Shown piece after piece: positions 11,185-21,304 of a stretch of DNA of 64,000 nt. The DNA is from Heteronotia binoei. Lineage: Eukaryota. The stretch lies in the NCBI RefSeq assembly GCF_032191835.1, contig NC_083225.1:84506001-84570000 (forward strand), in the 5' to 3' direction. Position numbers and translations under genes: made by a program. The first letter of the stretch is position 1, and every line of letters begins with the position of its first letter. The notes below the pieces were generated by a model. The model saw only the letters and a list, made by a program, of their open reading frames with translations, had not been told where the DNA came from and did not search any database.

Positions 11185-12186
11185 CTTTATAGGATAAAGT
11201 AGGCAAAAGGGTCAGGGACTAGAATTTCGAAGAGAGTTCATCAGTTTTGTTCTCAAACATAATTATCTCTCTAATATCTGTTTAGAATACATTCTAAATC
11301 CCAAGGGAGGAAGTAACAAACCACGAAACTCTTCCCTGAGAGATAGCTTGACATCAGTCCTTGACTGAGATAATGTTGCTACCAGAACAAAGGTCAAAAG
11401 AGCAGATTCACAATTAAGGAACACATTTCTAAAATTCCAGCTGTTTTTGAGAATTTTTATATATTTTTGCATTTAAAAAATAAAAATAAAATTGCATCCT
11501 TTCCAGTCTCTTAAAATGATACTTTGGCACTAAATTTGAAGATAAGTATTTTTTGTTCGTTTGTTGTATTTTAACATGAATATCTATGCCCAATAAAACA
11601 AAAATAGAGGGATCACTGTTAGCAAGTCTCAGAAAAAGGAACTTGGTGTAATTCATTTTTATTTATGTTATAAATGCTGTTTTATTTCATTTTCTGAAAA
11701 TAAAATCATGAAACAGACATTTTAACATCTAGACATTTTTGACTGACTATTCACTAAACAATATAGAATTGGCCAATGGTTGATTTTACTGATCAAGGGC
11801 TGACCTTCTTCATCAGGGCACTTTTTAACAAGGTGTCCCAGGGATTCTATGCTTGTGTCTTGTGTTCTCAGCATGGAATGGGCTTGATTTGCTTTATGAT
11901 CTTCAACAATGCAGAAGGAATGGAGGAAATGAAGATTACTTTTTAAAATCCTATGATTAATTCATTAGGGCTTGCTAGGTTTCTTAGGGTTTCTCATTAA
12001 GTATAATATTTTAGATTGTTTTGCTAGTAGTTTTAAACAAAAATGCCAATCCAAAAATAAGTGATATGCTGAGGGAAATGTTCTGTTCTACTTTATTAGT
12101 TCTGTCATTGCCCCTGCCCAGTATTTTTGTTGTTCTGCCTCTAGTGATAAAAACAGGAAAACAAACAATATCCACAAAGACAGGGT

Positions 12187-12460
12187 TGAAGAAGAAGACG
12201 ATGATATTGGACCTCCACTCCGAATCTCAGAGTCTCAGAGCAGCTCACAATCTTCTTTATCTTCCTCCCCCACAACAGATACCCTGTGATGTGGGTGGGG
12301 CTGAGAGGACTCCCACAGCAGCTGCCCTTTCAAGGACAACCTCTGCCAGAGCTATGGCTGACCCAAGGCCATTCCAGCAGGTGCAAGTGGAGAAGTGGGG
12401 AAACAAACCTGGGTCTCCCAGATAAGAGTTCGCACACTTAACCACTGCACCAAACTGGAT
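12187..12460 (-). mobile_element. tRNA-derived SINE (Squam3-like)
   Basis: Reverse complement of CCAGTTTGGTG.AGTGGTTAAG...GTCCTTGAAAAGGGCAGCTGCTG...(TCT)n, the same family as 15424, 27273, 57991 and 61755. Confidence 0.9.
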
Positions 12461-12859
12461 CTCTAATTATGTACCCAGGGAGGTAGGTAAGATGTCCAAC
12501 TGAGCCCTAAATTTTTCCCTATAGTGGGGCCAAGGGAAGGCATTCTTATCTCTGTTTGACAAATACTTAAATCAACAATTGGTTCCACTGCAGAGATGTG
12601 GAATCCAGAAACTCAAATACAAAGCACTTCCTGATGCTCCACATGCTCCACACCTTGCATAGGTAAAACCTGCTGCCCTGATAAAAAGAGCAAGCAGCTG
12701 TTAGTTTTTTGAAAATCAATTTGCTACCTGTTCTTTTATGTAGAGCCTCTAAGAATAAAAATTAGTGGAGAACTAGCTACTTATATACATGGTTGATGGA
12801 ATTGTAAATATATTTATAAATTATGGCATCAAATTCAAATCCAGATAAGACTAATTAAA

Positions 12860-13170
12860 GGGTACCTCTTACCTTTAGAACCAGACAATTTTTAATTGCA
12901 CAATTGGAAAGACCTCTTGCTTAGGAAAAGCATTTCTGATTTAATCAACATTCTTATCGCAACTGCTAGACTTACAATAGCGGCTAACTGGATAAACTCC
13001 TCTCTGCCATCATTAGAATACTGGTTTCAGAAATTATGGGAACTGTTTGTAATCAATAAGGTAGCTTGCAACTCATTCAAATTGAATTTAGAGCAGTATG
13101 AAGGATGTGTTGTTTCTGTTTGGTTTCCTTTAATATCCTTTGGTTTTCCTTTAATATCATATTTAATGGA
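12860..13170 (+). mobile_element. L1 ORF2 C-terminal fragment running into the gap
   Basis: LIATARLTIAANWINSSLPSLEYWFQKLWELF matches the L1 ORF2 C-terminal A..R..IA..W motif. Confidence 0.7.
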
Positions 13171-13653
13171 NNNNNNNNNNNNNNNNNNNNNNNNNNNNNN
13201 NNNNNNNNNNNNNNNNNNNNNNNNNNNNNNNNNNNNNNNNNNNNNNNNNNNNNNNNNNNNNNNNNNNNNNNNNNNNNNNNNNNNNNNNNNNNNNNNNNNN
13301 NNNNNNNNNNNNNNNNNNNNNNNNNNNNNNNNNNNNNNNNNNNNNNNNNNNNNNNNNNNNNNNNNNNNNNNNNNNNNNNNNNNNNNNNNNNNNNNNNNNN
13401 NNNNNNNNNNNNNNNNNNNNNNNNNNNNNNNNNNNNNNNNNNNNNNNNNNNNNNNNNNNNNNNNNNNNNNNNNNNNNNNNNNNNNNNNNNNNNNNNNNNN
13501 NNNNNNNNNNNNNNNNNNNNNNNNNNNNNNNNNNNNNNNNNNNNNNNNNNNNNNNNNNNNNNNNNNNNNNNNNNNNNNNNNNNNNNNNNNNNNNNNNNNN
13601 NNNNNNNNNNNNNNNNNNNNNNNNNNNNNNNNNNNNNNNNNNNNNNNNNNNNN
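13171..13653. other. Assembly gap (483 N)
   Basis: Run of N. Confidence 1.
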
Positions 13654-13845
13654 GGACAGGAAGGTCATCATGATTCCATAATAGGCAGACATAGCAAGTT
13701 TGGCTATACAACTTGAAACGGAAAGAAAATCTGTCATAGTACATTGTGGGTTCTAAATGAAAATATTTGACCCAAGAACAGGGTTCTTAAGCACCAAGGA
13801 AAAAAGGAGCCCCTAGTTTTTAGCCCTGTGAGGTGGAACAACCCT

Positions 13846-14830
13846 GTTCTGGCCTGCAGGCCCTGTACCACTCTGCCCAGTACCACTGTGACTGTAAGGT
13901 ATGGGTTAAACAGAAAACTGAAGACACACAGAGCCTGCGTCTGGTGACCTGAGGGTGGGGGGCCAGAGTGCTCAGAACTTTCAGAGTGAGATTGACAGCT
14001 AACGGCTGAGGAGAGTCAGTTAGTGCCTGACAGAGCCGGAGAGAGTTAGTGCCTGTTGGTGTCTGAGGCAGTTAGTGCCTGACAGAGCTGGAGAGAGTTG
14101 GTGCCTGTCAGAGAGAGTTGGTCTTTGAGAGAGCTGAGACAGTAGCTAAGGAGAGTCTTCATGAGAAGCAAAGCTGACTGCTAGCTCTATAAAAACAGCA
14201 AGGGGCTGTGTGTGACTAAAAGGAAGAATCACTGTGAAGACCTGAACGGTCACAGACATCTATACACAACTCTTGAGAACTAGAGAGGTGGTTGAGGGAA
14301 TATATGTGGGTCTGGAAGTCTGAAGGGCTGGGAGTAGAGGCTCCAGTCGACTTGAGAGACTTGGCACATCACACCCAAGAGGCCAACCTATACTAGTGGT
14401 GGAGAGTGTATTATATGTGAACCTGAGAGACCTAAGAAGAGAAAGATATTTTTAAAGCCTGAAGTTACTGAGCAACTTGTTAACTGCATGAGTTACTTTA
14501 TAGCCCATGTAAATATCTCCCATATCCCCAGTTTAAGACTTTGTGTTATAATAAATATCTGTGGTTTACGTTAAAGTTCTCTGGTGCCTATAATTTGGGA
14601 AAACTGTCCAAACTGCTGTGGTCCCCTACGAAGTGAATATATGTATCCATCTGAAAACAAATACCCCGAAGAGACTAGAAGAGTGAAATTCATATCATAC
14701 CCACCTCTTGAGTTCTATAGTCCTGAGGGAAAAGTTTTAAAAGGAAGAACTGAGGAGAAAGAAGGGCGGGGGTAGCCATAAACAGCACATAAAAGTGATC
14801 CAGTGGGACCGTGAGGCGGGTGTTGTTATA
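13846..14830 (+). mobile_element. Solo-LTR-like sequence
   Basis: Starts TGT. Contains short direct repeats (AGTTAGTGCCTGACAGAG, 3-4 copies), TATAAAA (~14187) and AATAAA (~14551). No clean TSD; the 3' end is uncertain. Confidence 0.4.
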
Positions 14831-14899
14831 ACCACCCAATACTTGGAGGGGCTTTTCTCTCTCTCTCTCTCTATTCAACTGCTTCCACCACCTGACATT

Positions 14900-15389
14900 T
14901 GTAGGAATTGCCCACTAGGAAGATGGTTCTATTGATTCCTACAAGCAATAATTTTGACCAAAGAAATGCAGCTTTATTCAGTTTTAACAATGAGTCTCAC
15001 CCACCCAGTGAGCTTTATAAGGAGAAAGAAAAGTCTACTTCACAAGGCTAGCAGTCTGTCCAGGAAACCAGGCTTCTCTACAGCTTCCACGCAGCTTAGA
15101 AGTCTGTCCTCTCTCTCTGAGGCCTCTTCTCTTCCAAGCTATCTTCTATGCTTGAAGCTGTTCTTCCTTTACCGTCTGAAGCTTCCAAAGCTGCCCTTGA
15201 ACCCACTGCTGAAGTCACGACTCTTCTCTTCAAAGTTGCTTGCTTCTTATCTTTATAGTGCTTCTCATCCAGGTGTTCTTAATCTACAGTGCTGTGTAGA
15301 ATGTAACCCCCTGCTGCCCTGGGACTCCCATTCACATGGAGAAGGGCTGTATGGCTCACTACTTATCTCCTCATGTAATTTCCACTACA
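14900..15389 (-). mobile_element. Solo-LTR-like sequence
   Basis: TGTAG...CTACA termini. Minus-strand TATAAA (~15252-15257) lies upstream of minus-strand AATAAA (~14976-14981). No TSD match. Confidence 0.45.
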
Positions 15390-15423
15390 GAGGATCAGGA
15401 CTCCCAGCTTCTCTTCTAAGCTG

Positions 15424-15622
15424 TGAGAGCCAGTTTGTTGTAGTGGTTAAGTGTGCAGACTCTTATCTGGGAGAACCGGGTTGATTCCCCACTCCTCTAC
15501 ATGCACCTGCTAGAATGGCGTTGGGTTAGCCATAGCTATCGCAGGAGTTGTCCTTGAAAGGGCAGCTGCTGTGAGAGGCCTCTCAGCCCCACCCACCTTA
15601 CAAGGTGTTTGTTGTGGGGGGA
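15424..15622 (+). mobile_element. Squam3-like SINE, 3'-truncated at the CR1
   Basis: GAGAGCCAGTTTGTTGTAGTGGTTAAG head and family body. It ends abruptly at the CR1 3' terminus. Confidence 0.88.
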
Positions 15623-15625
15623 AAA

Positions 15626-16560
15626 CATATAGAATCTTAGAGTTAGAAGGGACCTCCAGGGTCATCTAGTCCAACCCCCTGCACAATTCAGGAAACCTCC
15701 CCCTAAATTCACAGGATCTTCATTGCTGTCAGATGGCCATCTAGCCTCTGCTTAAAAATCTCCAAGGAAGGAGAGCCCACCAAATCCCAAGGGAGTCTGT
15801 TCCACAGAGGAACCGCTCTAACGGTCAGGAAGTTCTTCTTAATGTTGAGACGGAAACTCTTTTGATTTAATTTCAACCCATTAGTTCTGATCCTACCTTC
15901 TAGGGCAACAGAAAACAATTCCACACCCTCCTCTATATGACAGCCCTTCAAGTACTTGAAGATGGTGATCATATCACCTCTCAGCCACTTCCTTTCCAAG
16001 CTAAACACACCCAGTTCCTTGAACCTTTCTTCATAGGACTTGGTCTCCAGACCCCTCACCATTTTCGTTGCCCTCCTCTGACCCCATTTCAGCTTGTCAA
16101 TATCCTTCTTAAAATGTGGTGCCCAAAAATGAACACAATACTCCAGGTGAGGTCTTACCAGAGCAGAGTAAAGCAATACCATCACTTCACGGGATCTGGA
16201 CACTATACTTCTGTTGATACAGTCCAAAATTGCATTTGCCTTTTTAGCCACCGCATCACACTGTTGACTCATGTTCAGCGTATGATCCACTAAGATCCCT
16301 AGATCCTTTTCTCACATACTACTGCTAAGACAACTCTCTCCCATCCTATAACCATGCATTGGATTTTTCCTAAATGCAGAACTTTACATTTATCCCTGTT
16401 AAAATCCATTGTATTGGTTTTAGCCCTGTTTTCCAGCCTGTCAAGGTCATCCTGTATCCTATTTCTGTCTTCTACTGTATTTGCAACCCCTCCCCATTTA
16501 GTATCATCTGCAAATTTAATAAGCATGCCCTCTATTCCTTCATCCAAATCATTTCTAAAG
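15626..16560 (-). mobile_element. CR1 LINE 3' fragment (RT domain end and C-terminus)
   Basis: IKFADDTK, FNRDKCKVLHLG, LYSALVRPHLEYC, WNRLP..V.S..L..FK.RLD. The 3' terminus on the minus strand is ...CTAACTCTAAGATTCTATATG. Confidence 0.97.
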
Positions 16561-16569
16561 ATCAAAGAT

Positions 16570-17585
16570 TTCAGGTTTTCATGGCTGGTAACATCATTAG
16601 GGTTTGTAGAATCTTTCAGGCTCCAGTGCCGTGTTCTACTGGAGAAAGTTTTTCTTCCAGACGTTTCGTTCTCAGCTGCGAAGAACATCCTCAGTGGCGT
16701 TGCAGCCGGAGCAGGCGCTCTGACCTTCTTGGCTGCTGTGCATTGAGTGAGGCCAGGGCTGCTGGAGAGCTGCTATTTCTAGGCTGGGGAGGGTGTGGTG
16801 AAAGGGCAATTTGTTTGTGGATGTGCCCATTGTTTGGTGGGGCTTCCTGGAAGGGTAGTGATAAGGAAACTGGCTGTTGAATGTGATCATTGTTCTGTGT
16901 TAATTGCTGGGAGGGTTGGAAGGGGAATGAAGATAAGGAAGATGGTTGTTGACTGTGCTGATTGTTCTGTGAAGAAGAGCCCTCCATCCCAGGAGACGAT
17001 CCACACCAAATCCTGAGCCACACACAAATGTAGGTACAGCCTTCCTGCCTTACATAAAATCTGTCACCGACCGCATTGGCAAAATTCTCAAACGCCACAA
17101 TGTGGACACAGTCTTCAAGCCCACACAACAGATCCGCCACATGCTGCGCTCGGCCAAAGATATGAGAGATCCACTTTCAACTCCTGGAGTCTACAAAATA
17201 CCCTGCTCCTGTGGTGCAGTCTACATTGGCACTACCCAGCGCAGTATCAACACCCGCCTCACCGAACACAAGAGACACTGTCGCTTGTTTCAGCCAGAAA
17301 AATCAGCTGTAGCTGAACATGCACTTCAAGAAGGAGACCACGTCATCCACTTTGAAAGTCCTTTCTACGGTCTCACATTATCATACCCGCCTGAACAGAG
17401 AAGCTATTGAGATTTACAAACACCAGCACAATTTTAACAGAAAGGAAGAAGGCATTTTCATCCACCAATCTTGGTACCCAGCTCTGCAAAACACCCTACA
17501 GACTATAAATTGCAGAAAGTCACAGAACAACCAGTACATTCCACAGAACAATCAGCACAGTCAACAACCATCTTCCTTATCTTCA
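16570..17585. mobile_element. Penelope-like element: inverted pLTR (16570-16971, minus) joined to ORF 3' part (16972-17585, plus) with GIY-YIG endonuclease
   Basis: AFLPYIKSVTDRIGKILKRH...GVYKIPCSCGAVYIGTT.R...RL.EH...SAVAEH (GIY-YIG with CCHH). Perfect 44-bp inverted repeat, 16928-16971 versus 17542-17585. Confidence 0.93.
16657..16697 (-). ncRNA. Minimal type I hammerhead ribozyme in the Penelope pLTR
   Basis: Minus strand reads CCA-CUGAGGA-U-GUUCU-UCGCAGCUG-AGAAC-GAAA-C-GUC/UGG. This gives the conserved core, a 5-bp stem II, a 3-bp stem I (CCA/UGG) and a loopless stem III with a GUC cleavage triplet. Confidence 0.85.
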
Positions 17586-20500
17586 CACCCGGGGGATGGA
17601 CCGCCTCGGGAGGGACTCCAGGGAAGACACCGAAGTTGGTCGACCGGAGTGGCCACGCTCGACCTCTGCCCGCCCGCTCCGTGCCCGGCTGGAGGGGACC
17701 CTGGGGACATCCGGCAATACCAGGACCGGGGCCACATCCTGGTGGCCACGAAGGCAATAAAGATGCACGCCCATCGCCGGAAGTTCAATGTCCAGCGGGA
17801 GACATCGGGCCCTGCTTCACCTGCGGCCAGTGGGGGCATCTCAAACAAGAGTGTCCCCTGATGGAATGCAATGCAGGGTGGGAAGAAACCCTGCAAACTG
17901 TGGAGGTGGGAACTCAGCCCCCACCCTGGACTATTCCCGTGGCCCTCGAAGGACGGCAGCTGCAGGCCATGGTCAACAATGGCAGCTCGCTGTCCATGAT
18001 ACGGGCTCATCTGGTATCTGCTCCACTGCTCATCGTTCACACCACCTCCATCAATTGCATCCATGGACACATAGAAAGGTGCCCTGTGGTGTCCATTCCC
18101 CTGAAGTACCTGGGCCGCTATTGGACTGTGCCAGTAGCCAAGGTGGCCCACCTGCCCTATGCCACCCGCTACTCGGAGGCCATCCCCCTGCCTACCATGA
18201 AGAGCGCTGGCGTGGCCAGGGCCCTGATGCACTACTTCTTGCACGTAGGGCTGCCCCAAGAAATACTCACAGACCAGGGCATGCCCTTCACAGTGGGCCT
18301 TATGCAGCAGGTGTGTCAGATGCTACACATTAAACAACTGTTAACTTCCGTCCACCACCCCCAAACCGATGGGTTGGTGGAACAGATGAATCAGACCTTG
18401 AAGGCCATGTTGAGGTAGATGCCGTATGACCACCCCATGGCCTAGAATCTCTATTTGGACCCATTGGTCTTTGCCATCCAAGAGATGCCCCCCCAGGCCT
18501 CCCTCGAGTATTCCCCATTCGAACTGCTCTATGGGAGGCAACCCCGAGGGATCCTGGGCCTGCTGGGGGAGCAATGGGTGCAAGGAGGGGAGGGACCAGA
18601 GGAGGCCTTGGAGGAGTACGTCAGGCAGCTACTAGAATGACTCAAGGACGTGCAGCAGGAGGCCCAGGGTAACCTCGCACAAGCCCAAGAAGTCCAGCAG
18701 AAGTGGTATGACAGGGGCACTAACGGGTTTCCAAGTGGGGGACAGCATCTTGGTGCACAGGGGGGTGATGGGCCAGAATCAGGAAGTCCCTTGGCAAGGA
18801 CCCTTCCAAGTTACTCGAGTCATGGGACCCCTTACGTATGAGGTGCAATGTGGGCCCCGCCCCCACCAAAAGAAGTTCACCCACATGAACAACCTAAAGA
18901 CGTGGGTACGGTGGGAGCCGACGGACAAGCAGGGGCTTCTGGCAGAAGACCTGAGTGACCTACGGGATGGGTCCCTACCCTGGACTGTTAAGGAGGGCAC
19001 CAAGGGGCACCCAACATTTGGCACCTTGCTCACACCTGAACAACGGGAGGCCCTGCAAGAGGTCCTGGCCGAGTGCCCGTCCTGTTCTCCAACAGGCTGG
19101 GCTTGACCACCCTGGTCAAGCATGGAGTTGTAACCCCCCCCCCCCCGGGCCAGGTGGCTCAGGCCCGCTGAAGGCCGGTGCCGCAGAAACACTAGGACAT
19201 CATTGCCTGGAAGGTGGAGGAGATGCGTCACCTCAACATCATCGAACCATCTCAGAGTGAGTGGCACAGCCTGGTGGTCCTGGTGCCGAAGCCCGATGGC
19301 AGCGTGTGTTTCTGCATAGACTATCGGGAGGTGAACAAATTGGCCAAATTCGATGCCTACCTGATGCCGCGGGCAGACATCCTCTTCGATCAACTGGGAG
19401 AAGCCCAGTACCTCTCTGCCCTGGACCTCACCAAGGGCTATTGCCATGCATCCAGCCGACAGGGAGAAGACCGCCTTCGCCACCCCCCAGGGGCTCTTCC
19501 AGTTCAAGCTCATGCCCTTCAGCTTGAACGGGGCAGCAGCAACATTCCAACGGCTAGTGGATAAGGCCCTGGCCCAGTGTGAGGGCTTCGCCCAGGCCTA
19601 CATCAATGACATAATCGTATGCAGCCCAACCTGGGAGGCCCACCTGACCCACCTACGCCAGGTGTTCCAGGCCCTGCATGCCGCCGGACTCTGCACCAAC
19701 CCGTGGAAAAGCCACCTCAGCTTCCAGAAACTGAAGTATCTAGAGTTCCTGGTGGGGAAAGGACAGCTACAATCCCTGCCCAAGAATGTCATCACATTAG
19801 AGCAGCAACCCCGCCCATGCACCAAGAAACAGCTACGGCGCTTCTTAGGGTTCATGGGCTACTACAGCAAATTCACCTCCAACTTCAAAGCCTTAGCCAC
19901 CTCCTTGACAGACTACCTACGGAAAACATGCCCAAATGTCCTCCAGTGGGGGACAGCCCAGGCAACGGCTTTTGAGGCGCTCCGCACCAGTCTGTCCCGC
20001 GAACCCGTGCTGCAAAACCCCGACTTCTCCTGGCCCTTTGTGTTACACACCGACACTTCGAGGACCAGGATCAGGGCAGCCCTGTCCCAGGGGAACCCCG
20101 GAAAAGAATGCCCGGTGTTGTTCATCAGCAGCAAGCTTCTGTCAGCGGAGAGTGCGTACTCCACAGTGGAGAAGGAGGTCCTGGTGGTAAAATGGGCTGT
20201 TGGAGCATTGAAGTTCTACCTCACCAACAACCCATTCCAGTTGCTGGTTGACCACGCCCCCCTACTGTGGATGTCGCAGATGAAGGACAGCAACAACTGC
20301 ATCCTCAGGTGATACATGTCACGTCTCCCCTTTTAGTTCACAGTTCACCATCAAGCTGGGGCTGACCACTGCGTGGCAAACTACCTCTCCCAGCTCTTCA
20401 AGGAGGAGGCGGAGAAGTAAGGGACACGGAGGGGTGTCCCACCCAGCCCGGGTCGGGACTTTGCAGAGGGCCCCCCCCACAGCCGCCAGCTGTCCCCCCC

Positions 20501-21153
20501 CACCGACACACCCGGAGCGCCCCATGGCGCCGCTGGGGGGTCCCTGCAGACCCGCCGCCACTCACCTGGGCATCCTACGCCCAAGCCATGGACCCAGCAG
20601 CACCCCTCAGCCCCCGCAGCCAGCGTGCCTGCCCATGGAAGCGAGAAGTTCAGCTGGCGCACTGCGTCGAAGGAGGCTGGGGCCAGGAGTCAGGGAAGGA
20701 GGCCAGCAGCAAGGAAAGGAGGGGCCAGCAGACCGAGCCGTGGCGGTGGCAGCCACCGTGCCCCGACACTCCACAAGGACCCGGGAAGGCCCAGCGGATC
20801 CAGCATGGTCAAGCCCCAGAACGCCTCCCCCCAATGTCTGGGCTTATGAATGGGGGCGGAGCCGGCAGAGGGTAGGACCCAGGGAGCGGGTAGGTAATTG
20901 CCAGAGGGATAAAAAGTGGGGAGACCCAAGGTCGTGGAGGAAGCTGGCTGAGGCAATAAGGGGCTGCCAACTGTGAGAGAGGGAGGAGCCCACGCCCAGC
21001 CGTAGGGGAAAGGGGGCCTGAGGTGCAGTAACCTGGCTCCCTCCCCTAATTCTGAGACCTCAAAGGGACACCCGCCTGGTCCCCAAAGGGGGCGGTGCCG
21101 AGAGAGAGGTGATTGCCATACCAGGGGACCGGAGAGGCATCCAGGGCTCGACA
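17586..21153 (+). mobile_element. Gypsy LTR retrotransposon, Gmr1-like (gag-PR-IN-RT-RNaseH), 5'-truncated and degenerate, with 3' LTR
   Basis: CFTCGQWGHLKQEC knuckle and protease region (LQAMVNNGSS). Then integrase (ATRYSEAIPL, LTDQG, HPQTDGLVEQMN), then RT (PKPDGSVCFCIDYR, MPFSLNGAAATFQ, YINDII) and RNase H (LHTDTS, YSTVEKE, VDHAPL). Frameshifts are present. Confidence 0.93.
20435..21153 (+). repeat. Putative 3' LTR of the Gmr1-like element
   Basis: Follows a purine-rich tract (20401-20434) and has TGTC...GACA termini. No 5' LTR is present for confirmation. Confidence 0.6.
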
Positions 21154-21156
21154 ATA

Positions 21157-21222
21157 TGTATGTATGTATGTATGTATACATGTGTGTATGTGTGTGTGTG
21201 TTTGTGTATACACACACACACA
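21157..21222. repeat. Compound (TATG)n/(TG)n/(CA)n microsatellite
   Basis: Direct reading. Confidence 0.9.
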
Positions 21223-21225
21223 TAT

Positions 21226-21302
21226 TGGCCACTGTGTGACACAGAGTGTTGGACTGTATGGTCCATTGGCCTGATCCAACATGGCTTCTGTTATGTTCTT
21301 AT
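21226..21302 (+). mobile_element. CR1-type 3' terminal fragment
   Basis: TGGCCACTGTGTGACACAGAGTGTTGGACTG...CTTCTGTTATGTTCTTATG, the same family as 8657-8870. Confidence 0.75.
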
Positions 21303-21304
21303 GT

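Noticed and set aside
12896-13744. Long ORFs of 193-261 aa in the ORF track
   Set aside because: They are artefacts of reading through the 483-N gap.
13990-14130. Short direct repeats with intervening sequence (CRISPR-like at a glance)
   Set aside because: Repeats are irregular and degenerate, spacers are not unique or constant in length, the context is eukaryotic LTR-like, and there are no cas genes.
17503-21232. Many alternative-frame and antisense ORFs (up to 244 aa) over the Gypsy element
   Set aside because: Expected shadow ORFs in GC-rich coding DNA; no recognisable motifs.
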